In this document: in pieces, positions 1-8,855 of the stretch
Position numbering within the stretch: the first letter of the stretch is position 1
Layout: every line of letters begins with the position of its first letter
Assembly (NCBI GenBank): GCA_965228875.1
Contig: OZ245843.1
Location: forward strand, 2,462,616-2,526,615
Length of the DNA: 64,000 nucleotides
Source: Thalassobaculaceae bacterium
GTDB lineage: Bacteria > Pseudomonadota > Alphaproteobacteria > Thalassobaculales > Thalassobaculaceae
Direction: 5' to 3'
Translations under genes and position numbers: made by a program
The notes under the pieces: generated by a model
Databases searched by the model: none
Told to the model about the DNA's origin: nothing
Seen by the model: only the letters and a program-made list of their open reading frames with translations

Positions 1-2
1 TC

Positions 3-737
3 GAGGTATCGCTCGACCCGCGATCGGTTCGCACCACGGCCGTCAACCGCTTCGTCGCCTGGATGCAGGAGATGCACGCGGACTCCGAGCGTCCGTGGCT
101 GGTCAAGATCTCGGCTTTCACCGGCCGGGACTGGATCTCCGCCGCCGATACCGTGCCGGACGGGATCATCGCCTTCCTCGATCGGATCCTGGAGTTCGGC
201 AAGCCGCCGGCGGTTCCGGAGACCCTGCAGGTCACCGACTGCCCGCTGGAGCATGCGGGTTCCTTCGGGGTCGAGGCGGTCAATACCGTCATCTCCCGGT
301 GGCGCGAGGCCCAGCAGGGAATATCGATCGACGACCCGGCGGTGCGGGCCCTGCTCGCCATCCAGAAGCCGGGCTGCACGGTGAAGATTCTCAGCCGCGA
401 CAGCGTTGGACGGGTCGTGTTCGGCACATACACCCCCTCGCTGACGACCCTCTGGTCGAAGGACTCCTGGGGACGCTTCTCCGGCGCGCCGGTCAGCGAG
501 GTGGTGCCGGACCGCGCGCTCGGATCGGCCGTCGAGCTCTCGGCCCGTCTGGCGATGGATACCGGCCAGGCCCGGGTCGAGACCTGGGAGGGTCCGGTGC
601 TTTCGTCCTCGGGGGTGATCGCGGACCTGGCCTGGGATCGCCTGACGCTGCCCCTGACGGCCCGTCGGCCGAACGACGCGGTGCTGGTGGTGACCCATCG
701 CCTGTCGCCGGTCGCCGACGGTCGACTCGCCGGATGA
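3..737 (+). CDS. Hypothetical protein, probably 5'-truncated by the window edge; C-terminal part PAS-like (PAS_5-type) by weak motif resemblance
   Basis: Frame of ORF 63..737 stays open back to position 3. The C-terminal 'GAPVSEV..D......(W)DRLTLPL' resembles alphaproteobacterial PAS_5-type domains. Confidence 0.5.
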   Translation, partial: EVSLDPRSVRTTAVNRFVAWMQEMHADSERPWLVKISAFTGRDWISAADTVPDGIIAFLDRILEFGKPPAVPETLQVTDCPLEHAGSFGVEAVNTVISRWREAQQGISIDDPAVRALLAIQKPGCTVKILSRDSVGRVVFGTYTPSLTTLWSKDSWGRFSGAPVSEVVPDRALGSAVELSARLAMDTGQARVETWEGPVLSSSGVIADLAWDRLTLPLTARRPNDAVLVVTHRLSPVADGRLAG

Positions 738-825
738 ACTGACGTTCCGGCGATCTTTCCTACCCCGGTGGAACCAAAGTGAATAACAATCACCCCTTCT
801 CCTTCATCGGATGCAGGGGTGCACC

Positions 826-1653
826 ATGTACAGCTATGCCAGCCCATCACTGAAGCCGTCGACCTATCCGTTCCTGACGGCGATCGACGCAATCCATCCC
901 GAACACGAGGCCTCGCGAGACCTCATGGCCCGGTCGGCCATGGCGCTTCAGGCCGATCTCGACCAGTACGGCTTCAGCCTCGACGTGGTCACGGACGTCC
1001 ACGAGTTCACCGACATCGTGCGCTCGGTCGGCAAGTTCGTGCCCAACGCCTTCGATCCGAAGATGAAGCCGTCGCGGCCGGGCGACGTGTTCGGCCTCGT
1101 CCTGCGCGACGCCGACGGCAAGGTGGCGGCGACCAACGGCTGCCGGCTCTATCGACTGGGCGTGACCACCCTGGCCGATCACCTCGCGACACTGGCCCTG
1201 TTCTACGCCAATCCGGTCGAGCAGATGGCGCGGGGCGAGCGTCTGGCCATCGACGGGCCGGCGAACGACTACGCCATGACCATCGATGACAAGGCGATCT
1301 GGGTCGGATGCTTCTGGGTCCGACCGGACCTGCGCAAGGCCGCGTCGAATGCCAGCTACGTGCTGCCGTTCGCGGCGCGGTTCCTCGGGGCGGCCTGGTG
1401 GGGCAAGCTGATCACCTTCTCGATCGTCGAGGCCTGGGCCCGGAAATCCCACGCGCAGAAGCGCCTGGGCGAGCCGGACGTCTACGAGCACATCCGCTGG
1501 TTCCGCCCGCACATCCCGGAGCGGACCGACATGGTGCTGATGGTCACCGAGCCCGACGTGGCGATCGAACGCTGCGAAAAGTATCTAAACGGCGAGGGCC
1601 GGTTCTTTGTCGCTCCGACCGATCCGGAGACGGTGGTTTCCGCCGGAGGCTGA
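826..1653 (+). CDS. Hypothetical protein, probable GNAT/acyltransferase-like fold
   Basis: ORF 811..1653, with likely ATG at 826 after GCAGGGG. 'IWVGCFWVRPDLRK' resembles GNAT motif A and 'LRDADGKVAATNGCR' resembles the GNAT beta-hairpin. Confidence 0.55.
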   Translation: MYSYASPSLKPSTYPFLTAIDAIHPEHEASRDLMARSAMALQADLDQYGFSLDVVTDVHEFTDIVRSVGKFVPNAFDPKMKPSRPGDVFGLVLRDADGKVAATNGCRLYRLGVTTLADHLATLALFYANPVEQMARGERLAIDGPANDYAMTIDDKAIWVGCFWVRPDLRKAASNASYVLPFAARFLGAAWWGKLITFSIVEAWARKSHAQKRLGEPDVYEHIRWFRPHIPERTDMVLMVTEPDVAIERCEKYLNGEGRFFVAPTDPETVVSAGG

Positions 1654-1798
1654 TCCGAAGAACCGGCTGCTGACGTAGGGAGCGGTGCGGACGCGATACG
1701 GTCCGCGCCGCGGGGTGCGTCATGTGCGACGGGCGCCCGGAGGGTCTGCTATGGTTGCGTCCGACCGGGACGGGGACGGACACTGTTCGGAGGTGCAC

Positions 1799-2641
1799 GT
1801 GACGCGCATCGTATCGTTGCCGGCGCTGCTGGCGCTGTTTCTGTTCGGCCTGACTGCCGCCGGCCCGGCCCGCTCGACGACCGGCCCGGTCCGCGCCACC
1901 TACGACGTCTATTTCGGCGGCCTGCACATTCTGTCGGCCGAGTCCGAGTTCAATCCGGCGGCGGCCGAATACGCCGTCATCGCCAGAGCGCGGACCCAGG
2001 GCATCCTGGAGGTGTTCTTCGACTGGCAGGGCGAGACCCGCTCGACCGGGCGGTTCGACGGCGCCCGTGCGGTGCCGAGATCGCATGTCAACCACGGCTG
2101 GCGCGGCGACGAGCGGCGCTCCGTGGTTCTGGACTACGACGCCGAGGGGAGGCTCGCGTCTGCCCGCATCGATCCGCTGCCGGACCCCGACGAGGTGACG
2201 GACCTGCCGGCGAATGCGGGAGACGGCACCATCGACCCGCTGAGCGTCCTCGCGCAACTGTCGCGCGCGGTCGTGGAGGCCGGATCGTGCAGCGGCGAGT
2301 TCGCGGTCTACGACGGTCGGCGGCGCTACGACCTTCGGATTTCGGACCACGGCCGACATACCCTGCCGGCCACCGACTACTCGATCTTCAGCGGCGAGGC
2401 GATGGCCTGCGGCGTCGAGTACGCGATGCTCGGCGGCCAGCGGAAGGAGCGCAGCAAATATGCCGAGACCGCCCGCGAACGCGTGGTCTACGTCGCCCAC
2501 CCGATCGACGGCGGCCCGCCGATCCCAGTCGGCCTGAAGATCGAGACCGATTTCGGGACGCTCATGGCCCACCTCACCGGGATCGCGTCGGGCGACCGGC
2601 TCGCCCTGCGCGACGACAGGCCGGCACGCGGATCGCGCTGA
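1799..2641 (+). CDS. DUF3108-like exported protein
   Basis: GTG at 1799 after GGAGG. Signal-peptide-like N-terminus; motifs 'YDVYFGGL', 'DPLS', 'VYDGRRRYDL'. Confidence 0.7.
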   Translation: MTRIVSLPALLALFLFGLTAAGPARSTTGPVRATYDVYFGGLHILSAESEFNPAAAEYAVIARARTQGILEVFFDWQGETRSTGRFDGARAVPRSHVNHGWRGDERRSVVLDYDAEGRLASARIDPLPDPDEVTDLPANAGDGTIDPLSVLAQLSRAVVEAGSCSGEFAVYDGRRRYDLRISDHGRHTLPATDYSIFSGEAMACGVEYAMLGGQRKERSKYAETARERVVYVAHPIDGGPPIPVGLKIETDFGTLMAHLTGIASGDRLALRDDRPARGSR

Positions 2642-2676
2642 CGAGCCGGCGGGAACCGGGGAGCCGGCGGGACCGG

Positions 2677-3465
2677 TCACGACGGTGCCGGGATCTCCAC
2701 CGACAGGTCGCAGGCCGTCCGCCCCTGCTCGTTCAGCGCACACAGCCGAACGAGCCTGTTCTCTGTATCGCGCTCGCCGGCCAGGGTCAGCGGATCGTCC
2801 CAGAACACCGGTCGGCGGAACCGGGCGACCAGCCTCGCCGACGGCGCCGTCCGGATCCTGTCCGCCACGTATGCCGCCATCCAGGTCATGGTCATCAGTC
2901 CCTGGGCCAGCGGTGCCCGGTAGCCGTACCGGGCGGCGAAGGATGGGTCGAAGTGGATCTCGTTGCCGACCGGCCGCGAGTAAGTGGTCACCGCCTGCGG
3001 CGTCAGGGTCTTGGTGGCGATCCGCTCCTGCGGTGCGGTCTCGGGGCGGGAGGCGCCGCCGGTCCGGGCTCCCATCTTCTCCAGGTCGGGCAGCAGGCGG
3101 ACATGCTCCGAGACCGCCGCGACCGACCCGTCGCTCCGGCGGACGGTGAAGCGCTGCACGATGCGGCGGCCGCGCGCCACCTCTTCGTTCGATACGGTCT
3201 CGCCGCCGAAGGACACGGCGTCGCCGAGCGCGACCGATCCGTTCAGGGTCAGGCGCTGCTCCACGTGGATGTAGCCGTCGATGCCCTGCCCCGCCGCCGA
3301 CATCGCCCGGAACCCGTCGTTGCCCCAGAGGGTCGGTTCCGCCAGTCCGCCCCACACCTCCGGATCGACGGCGCAGGCCTCCAGAGCCTCCACCTGATCT
3401 GCGGCCGCGCGGATCACGGTCCGATCCGGAAAACGGAAGCCGGGGACCAGGGTCTCGCCGGCCAC
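2677..3465 (-). CDS. MaoC-like (double hot-dog) dehydratase family protein
   Basis: 'NEIHFDPSFAARYGYRAPLAQG' MaoC hydratase motif; 'RFRRPVFWDD'; directly downstream of an SDR gene. Confidence 0.75.
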   Translation of the reverse strand: MAGETLVPGFRFPDRTVIRAAADQVEALEACAVDPEVWGGLAEPTLWGNDGFRAMSAAGQGIDGYIHVEQRLTLNGSVALGDAVSFGGETVSNEEVARGRRIVQRFTVRRSDGSVAAVSEHVRLLPDLEKMGARTGGASRPETAPQERIATKTLTPQAVTTYSRPVGNEIHFDPSFAARYGYRAPLAQGLMTMTWMAAYVADRIRTAPSARLVARFRRPVFWDDPLTLAGERDTENRLVRLCALNEQGRTACDLSVEIPAPS

Positions 3466-3468
3466 CGG

Positions 3469-4257
3469 TCAGTCCTCGATCTCGGCGGCGTCGACCATGC
3501 CTCCGTAGACCGTATAACCGCCATCCACCGGCAGGTTCACGCCGGTCACCGTTCGGGCCAGCGGCGACGCGAGGAAGAGCATCGCGTCGGCGATGGCGCT
3601 CGGCGGCAGCATCTCGCCGAGCGGCGTGCGCCGGCGGATCGCCTTCTCGTCGATCTTGCCGGCATCGATCAGGTTCTGAACCAGCGGCGTGCGGATGTAT
3701 CCGGGGGCGATGGCGTTGACGCGCACCCCATGCTGCGCCCATTCGCAAGCCAAATTCTTGGTCAGACCGACGATGCCGTGCTTGGCCGCGGTGTATGCAT
3801 TGCGCCGGGGCAGCGCCAGGATCCCCGCGATCGAGGATATGTTGATGACCACCCCGTAACCGGCCGGAATCATCTCCCGAGCCGCGCGCTTCGACATCAC
3901 GAAGGTCCCGGTCAGATGCACGTCGATCAGCCGTTGCCAGTGTTCCGCGGTCTGATCGATGGTGTCGAGGAAGGTGTCGGACATGCCGGCGCAATTGACC
4001 AGCACGTCGAGTCGGCCGAACGCCTCCATCGTGGCGGAAACCAGCCGGTCAGCCGTCGCCTCGGTCGAGACGTCGCCCCCTAGGCCGATATGTCCGTCAC
4101 CCAGGCTCGCCGCCTTGCCCCGGGCGGAGTCCTCGTTCAGGTCGGCGATGGCGATGCGGGCGCCGCGGCGCGAAAACGCCTCGGCGGCGGCGAAGCCGAT
4201 GCCGCTGGCGCCGCCGGTGATGAGCACACTCTGCCCGCTGAAATCGGTGTCGGACAT
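3469..4257 (-). CDS. Short-chain dehydrogenase/reductase
   Basis: TGGASGIG, NCAG, YTAAKHG (YxxxK), NAIAPG and VDGG motifs; ATG at 4257 with AGGAGG upstream. Confidence 0.92.
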   Translation of the reverse strand: MSDTDFSGQSVLITGGASGIGFAAAEAFSRRGARIAIADLNEDSARGKAASLGDGHIGLGGDVSTEATADRLVSATMEAFGRLDVLVNCAGMSDTFLDTIDQTAEHWQRLIDVHLTGTFVMSKRAAREMIPAGYGVVINISSIAGILALPRRNAYTAAKHGIVGLTKNLACEWAQHGVRVNAIAPGYIRTPLVQNLIDAGKIDEKAIRRRTPLGEMLPPSAIADAMLFLASPLARTVTGVNLPVDGGYTVYGGMVDAAEIED

Positions 4258-4373
4258 CCGTTTCCTCCTGGATTGGTCCGCGCTTTCCCGGACGGGCGCG
4301 CGGTTTGCCGACACAGTCTAGGATGCGACCGGCGCGCCCGTCATCCCGCCGAAATGGTCCGGGCGGCCGCCGA

Positions 4374-5309
4374 TCAGAGGTCGCGGTCCCAGGTCTCCGC
4401 CATCATGGACACGCCGAACGCGTCGAGCGGCTCGCTCGCGACGTGTGCGAACCCGGCCTTGCGATAGATCTCACGCGCCGCCGTCAGGATGTCGTTGGTC
4501 CAGAGCGTCATGCGGGTATAGCCGGCGGACCTGGCGAAGTGCAGCGCCTCCCCGGTCAACCGCCTGCCAATGCCGAGACCACGCGCCGACGGCTCGACGT
4601 AGAGCATGCGCAGCTTGGCGGTGGCCGCATCGGCATCGACGACGAACACCGAACCGACGACCCGGCCGTCGCGCTCGGCGATCCAGCAGCAGTGGCGCGC
4701 CGGGTCGAAACTGTCGATGAAATCGGCGGCAATACGCGCGACCAGCGCCTCGAAGCTGAGGTCGAAGCCATATTCCCGGTGATACAGCCGACCGTGAGCG
4801 GCCACCACCGCACCGATGTCGCCGGGGCGGTGCGGACGCAGGAGGTAGGGTTCGATCGATCGCGTATCGGGCTCGAGGATCCGGGTGATGGTCGCCATGG
4901 CCGACAGGAGCTGTGCCCGCTCCTCCGGCGACAGGGCCGAGAGCGCCCGGGCGGCCACGTCCCTCGACTGTTCCTGCATCGGGGTGAAGGCCGTCCAGCC
5001 GTCTTCCGTCATCCGCAGCCGCCGGGCCCGGCCGTCACGGGCGTCGGCGGTCGCATCGATCCACCGCCGGGCGCGGAATCCCTTGAGCAGCCGACTGACA
5101 TAGCCCGGATCGAGGCCGAGGTCCGTGCTGATCTCGCGGGCCGTCGCGCCGTCGCGGTGGGCAATCTCGTACAGGATCCGCATCTCGGTCAGCGACACCG
5201 CGCTGCCCTGATGCGCCGGCCCGAGTGCGCCCACATAGGCGGTATAGAACCGGTTGAACCGCCGGAATGCGCGGACCTCGGGAGCTGTGGAATGGACAGC
5301 GTCAGTCAT
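4374..5309 (-). CDS. Bifunctional MarR-family HTH / GNAT acetyltransferase
   Basis: N-terminal 'VRAFRRFNRFYT...LDPGYVSRLL...DGR' (MarR) and C-terminal 'AKLRMLYVEPSARGLGIG...LWTNDIL' (GNAT). Confidence 0.9.
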   Translation of the reverse strand: MTDAVHSTAPEVRAFRRFNRFYTAYVGALGPAHQGSAVSLTEMRILYEIAHRDGATAREISTDLGLDPGYVSRLLKGFRARRWIDATADARDGRARRLRMTEDGWTAFTPMQEQSRDVAARALSALSPEERAQLLSAMATITRILEPDTRSIEPYLLRPHRPGDIGAVVAAHGRLYHREYGFDLSFEALVARIAADFIDSFDPARHCCWIAERDGRVVGSVFVVDADAATAKLRMLYVEPSARGLGIGRRLTGEALHFARSAGYTRMTLWTNDILTAAREIYRKAGFAHVASEPLDAFGVSMMAETWDRDL

Positions 5310-5529
5310 ATCAATGCTTATAGCATGTTTTTTATTGCTCTTAGCATGTTTCTTGATCCCCATCCCTCGGGTCCCCGCCTATTGGGGGCGTCGTGCGGGA
5401 CGACGGGCCGGGTGGCGCGCCCCTCGCGTCGCCGAGCGCGCTCACCTCGCCCGTTTCCGCCGGCCAGCCACCGCGCTATTGTTCGGTGTCCATGCTCGAC
5501 CAATGAGAACCCCCAAGGGAGAAATCGCC

Positions 5530-7068
5530 ATGTCCGCCACTTCGGACGCCAACCGGCTGACCGTGCGCCTGAGCAAGGCCGACAACGTCGTCACCGCCCG
5601 CTTCGACCTGACCCCCGGCGTGGAACTCGCCGGTGAGGGCGTGACCACTGCCGCGGCGATCCCGTCCGGCCACAAGATCGCCATCGCGCCCATCGCCGCC
5701 GGCGAACCCATCCGCAAATATGACCAGATCATCGGCTTCGCCACCGAGGCGATCGCCCCCGGGGCCCATGTCCACGTCCACAATGTCGAGATGCAGGACT
5801 TCGAGCGCGACTACGCCTTCGGCGCCGACGTCAAGCCGACTGCCTATTTCAACGACAGCGACCGCGTCACGTTCGACGGGTTCCGGCGCGACAACGGCCG
5901 GATCGGCACGCGAAACTACATCGGCGTGTTGACCAGCGTGAACTGCTCGGCCACGGCGGCCAGGTACATCGCCGAGGCGATCACGCCGCAAGTGATGGCG
6001 CAGTATCCGAATGTCGATGGGGTGGTGGCACTGACCCACTCGACAGGCTGCGGCATGGCCGGCGACGGCGAAGGCTACGCCAACCTGCAGCGCGTGCTCT
6101 GGGGCATGGCGCGCCACCCGAACTTCGCCGGCGTCCTGATGGTCGGCCTCGGCTGCGAGGTCAATCAGATCGACTTCCTCCTGGAGGCCTACGGCATCGA
6201 GCGGGGCGAGGCGTTCCAGACCATGAACATCCAGGACGCGGGCGGCCTGCGGAAGACCGTCGACTGGGGCTCGGGCATCGTGCGCGAGATGCTGCCGAAG
6301 GCGAACGAGGCCTCGCGGTCAGCCTGCCCGGCAAGCGAGCTGACCCTGGCGCTGCAGTGCGGCGGATCCGACGCCTATTCCGGCATGACCGCCAACCCTG
6401 CTCTCGGCGAAGCGGCCAACCTTCTGGTGCGCCACGGCGGCACCGCCGTCCTGGCCGAGACGCCGGAGATCTATGGCGCGGAGCACCTGCTCACCCGCCG
6501 CGCGGTCAGCCAGGAGGTCGGCGAGAAGCTGGTCGAGCGGATCAAGTGGTGGGAGGACTACACCGCGCGCAACGGCGGCGAGATGAACAACAACCCCTCG
6601 CCCGGCAACAAGCGCGGCGGCCTGACCACCATTCTGGAGAAGTCGCTGGGCGCGGCGGCCAAGGGCGGCACCACCAACCTGACCGGCGTGTACAAGTACG
6701 GCGAGATCATCGACACCAAGGGCTTCGTGTTCATGGACAGCCCCGGCTACGACCCGGCGTCGATCACCGGCGAGGTCGCCTCGGGCTCGAACATCGTGTG
6801 CTTCACCACGGGCCGCGGGTCGGTCTACGGCTGCAAGCCGGCCCCGTCGCTCAAGCTGGCCACCAACACGCCGATGTACACCCGCATGTCCGACGACATG
6901 GACATCAACTGCGGCGAAGTGCTGGACGAGGGCCTCTCCATCGAGGAGATGGGCCAGCGGATCTTCGACCGGCTGCTCGAGGTCGCCTCGGGCTCGCCCA
7001 CCAAGTCGGAGGCCCAGGGCATGGGCGACAACGAGTTCATCCCGTGGCAGATCGGCGCGGTGATGTAG
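5530..7068 (+). CDS. UxaA/GarD-family sugar-acid dehydratase (SAF domain plus dehydratase)
   Basis: 'GHKIA...IRKYDQIIG...HVHVHN', 'GTRNYIGVLTSVNCS', 'QCGGSD', 'NPSPGNKRGGLTTILEKSLG', 'FTTGRGS'; ATG at 5530 after GGGAGA. Confidence 0.92.
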   Translation: MSATSDANRLTVRLSKADNVVTARFDLTPGVELAGEGVTTAAAIPSGHKIAIAPIAAGEPIRKYDQIIGFATEAIAPGAHVHVHNVEMQDFERDYAFGADVKPTAYFNDSDRVTFDGFRRDNGRIGTRNYIGVLTSVNCSATAARYIAEAITPQVMAQYPNVDGVVALTHSTGCGMAGDGEGYANLQRVLWGMARHPNFAGVLMVGLGCEVNQIDFLLEAYGIERGEAFQTMNIQDAGGLRKTVDWGSGIVREMLPKANEASRSACPASELTLALQCGGSDAYSGMTANPALGEAANLLVRHGGTAVLAETPEIYGAEHLLTRRAVSQEVGEKLVERIKWWEDYTARNGGEMNNNPSPGNKRGGLTTILEKSLGAAAKGGTTNLTGVYKYGEIIDTKGFVFMDSPGYDPASITGEVASGSNIVCFTTGRGSVYGCKPAPSLKLATNTPMYTRMSDDMDINCGEVLDEGLSIEEMGQRIFDRLLEVASGSPTKSEAQGMGDNEFIPWQIGAVM

Positions 7069-7087
7069 GGCGCCCAGGTCCCCGGCC

Positions 7088-7585
7088 GTGAGCGGTTCCT
7101 TCGCCGACAGCTATCTCGGCCAGTTGCGTAAGATCATCGGCCCGCGCCCGGTCCTGATGCCGGGCGCGCGCATCATCGTCGAGAACGCCGCCGGCGAGAT
7201 CCTGCTCATCAAGCGCGGCGACTTCAAACTCTGGGGCTGGCCCGCGGGTTCCGCCGAGATGGGCCAGTCGATCGAGGACACGGCGCGCGCCGAGGTGTTC
7301 GAGGAGACCGGGCTGACGGCGCACAACCTGGTGCCGGTCGGCTTCGCCAGCCACCCGGTGCACGACCGCATCGAGTACCCGCACGGCGACGTGCTGTTCG
7401 CCTTTGCCATGATCTTCCACGTGACGGAGTGGTCGGGCGAACCCCGGGCGGACGGGCACGAGAGCCTGGACGTCCGCTTCTTCCCTCAGGACGCCCTGCC
7501 CGAGGACCGCACCAAGCCCGTCAGCCGCACGCTCGCCGCCCTGCAGCGCTACAAGGCGAGCGGCGGGGTATTTCAGCTGACGTAA
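7088..7585 (+). CDS. NUDIX hydrolase
   Basis: Nudix box 'GSAEMGQSIEDTARAEVFEETGL'; N-terminal 'YLGQLRKIIG' is typical of a MutT-like subfamily. Confidence 0.88.
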   Translation: MSGSFADSYLGQLRKIIGPRPVLMPGARIIVENAAGEILLIKRGDFKLWGWPAGSAEMGQSIEDTARAEVFEETGLTAHNLVPVGFASHPVHDRIEYPHGDVLFAFAMIFHVTEWSGEPRADGHESLDVRFFPQDALPEDRTKPVSRTLAALQRYKASGGVFQLT

Positions 7586-7592
7586 CGTCGTC

Positions 7593-7630
7593 CTGGATCC
7601 CGGACAGTGTTCCGCATTTCCGCTAAGTCG
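7593..7630 (-). repeat. REP-like palindromic repeat copy 1 (38 bp)
   Basis: Reverse complement reads CGACTTAGCGGAAATGCGGAACACTGTCCGGGATCCAG; homologous to the three neighbouring copies. Confidence 0.8.
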
Positions 7631-7648
7631 GGAGGGGTCGTTCTCCAT

Positions 7649-7686
7649 CGACTTCCCGGAAGTGCGGAGCACTATCCGGGACCCAG
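7649..7686 (+). repeat. REP-like palindromic repeat copy 2 (38 bp)
   Basis: CGACTTCCCGGAAGTGCGGAGCACTATCCGGGACCCAG; internal stem TCCCGGA..TCCGGGA around a GTGC-GGA-GCAC hairpin. Confidence 0.85.
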
Positions 7687-7745
7687 GGGGAGCGCACCCA
7701 CCTTCCATCGCACGATTCCACGCAACGGTATTCCATACCCTTGGC

Positions 7746-8039
7746 ATGGAGCCCTGCGTCTACATTCTCGCCAGTCAGCGGAACGGCACGCTTTACGTCG
7801 GCATGACCGCCAACCTGGTCCGGCGCGTCCATCAACATCGCACGAAGCAGATCAAAGGCTTTACCGCGGAACACGACGTGACCCGCCTGGTCTGGTTCGA
7901 GCCCTGCCCAACCTTGGACGCGGCCCGATTTCGCGAGAAGCGCATAAAACGCTGGCGGCGCGCCTGGAAGCTGGCGTTGACCGAGCAAGAGAACCCGCAG
8001 TGGCGGGACCTTTGGGGCGATCTAGTCGCTGGGTTCTGA
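7746..8039 (+). CDS. Stand-alone GIY-YIG nuclease (UPF0213/YhbQ-like)
   Basis: 'CVYILASQRNGTLYVGMTANLVRRVHQH...FTAEHDVTRLVWFE...REKRIKRWRRAWK...NPQWRDL'; 97 aa from ATG 7746. Confidence 0.9.
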   Translation: MEPCVYILASQRNGTLYVGMTANLVRRVHQHRTKQIKGFTAEHDVTRLVWFEPCPTLDAARFREKRIKRWRRAWKLALTEQENPQWRDLWGDLVAGF

Positions 8040-8049
8040 GCGGCTCCCC

Positions 8050-8087
8050 CTGGATCCCGGATAGCCCGCAGGGCTTCCGGGAGGTCG
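8050..8087 (-). repeat. REP-like palindromic repeat copy 3 (38 bp)
   Basis: Reverse complement reads CGACCTCCCGGAAGCCCTGCGGGCTATCCGGGATCCAG. Confidence 0.85.
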
Positions 8088-8107
8088 AACAGGAACACAC
8101 CTCCAAC

Positions 8108-8145
8108 CGACTTCCCGGAACGCCGCAGGCGTATCCGGGACCCAG
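8108..8145 (+). repeat. REP-like palindromic repeat copy 4 (38 bp)
   Basis: CGACTTCCCGGAACGCCGCAGGCGTATCCGGGACCCAG. Confidence 0.85.
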
Positions 8146-8154
8146 GGAAATCGT

Positions 8155-8811
8155 CTACGCGCCCAAGCCGGCGAGCACCCGGCGGGTGTCGCTGACCCAG
8201 CCGAACAGGTTGCCCTCGCCATAGATCAACGAGATCGCCGCGTCATGGAGGTCCTTCGTGGTCGCCGCGCAGGCGTCCTCGACGGTGAGGCAGCGGAAAC
8301 CGCGGTCCACCGCCTCGCGCATCGTCGAGGCCACGCAGCACTGGGTCGTCACGCCGAACAGGATCACCGCCTCGATCCCCTTCCCGCGCAGAATCGCCTC
8401 GAGATCGGTACGGTAGAAGCTGCCGAACCCCGGTTTATCGATAATCGTTTCTTCCGGCAGAGGCAGGCATTCCGCGATATGCGCGTGGCCTGCCTCGCCG
8501 CGGATCAGGAACCGGCCGAGTGGTCCCGCGCGCCCGGCCACGCCGCGGTCGCGCTTGAGCGGGTGCATGTCGGACAGGTCGGGGGCGTAGCCCTCGCGGG
8601 TGTGGATCACCGTCAGGCCGGCAGCGCGGGCGGCGGCGATCAGGGCGACCGCGTTCGGGATGATCGCCCGCATGGGCGAGATGTCGTCGCCGAGCGACGC
8701 GATCAGCCCGCCCTCGTCGAGAAAGTCGCGCTGCAGGTCGATGGCGACCAGCGCCGTCGTGGCCGGGTCGGCATCGAAGCTCAGCCCGGCGTCGCAGGAG
8801 ATTGTCGCCAC
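8155..8811 (-). CDS. Cysteine hydrolase (isochorismatase family), biuret-hydrolase-like
   Basis: Asp-Lys-Cys triad motifs 'IDLQRDF', 'IIDKPG', 'GVTTQCCV'; 'HTREG..PDLSD' and 'MREAVDRGF'. Confidence 0.85.
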   Translation of the reverse strand: MATISCDAGLSFDADPATTALVAIDLQRDFLDEGGLIASLGDDISPMRAIIPNAVALIAAARAAGLTVIHTREGYAPDLSDMHPLKRDRGVAGRAGPLGRFLIRGEAGHAHIAECLPLPEETIIDKPGFGSFYRTDLEAILRGKGIEAVILFGVTTQCCVASTMREAVDRGFRCLTVEDACAATTKDLHDAAISLIYGEGNLFGWVSDTRRVLAGLGA

Positions 8812-8855
8812 GGCCGCGTTCTACCCTTCGGTCTGTCGGAAAACCGGAACCGCCG

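Noticed and set aside
2643..2672. Direct repeat GAGCCGGCGGGA x2 between convergent genes
   Set aside because: Short, GC-rich and only two copies; no supportable function.
7593..8145. CRISPR array or classical IS element
   Set aside because: Repeats alternate in orientation, are not regularly spaced and have no cas genes nearby; the enclosed ORF is GIY-YIG, not a DDE or HUH transposase, and I saw no target-site duplication.
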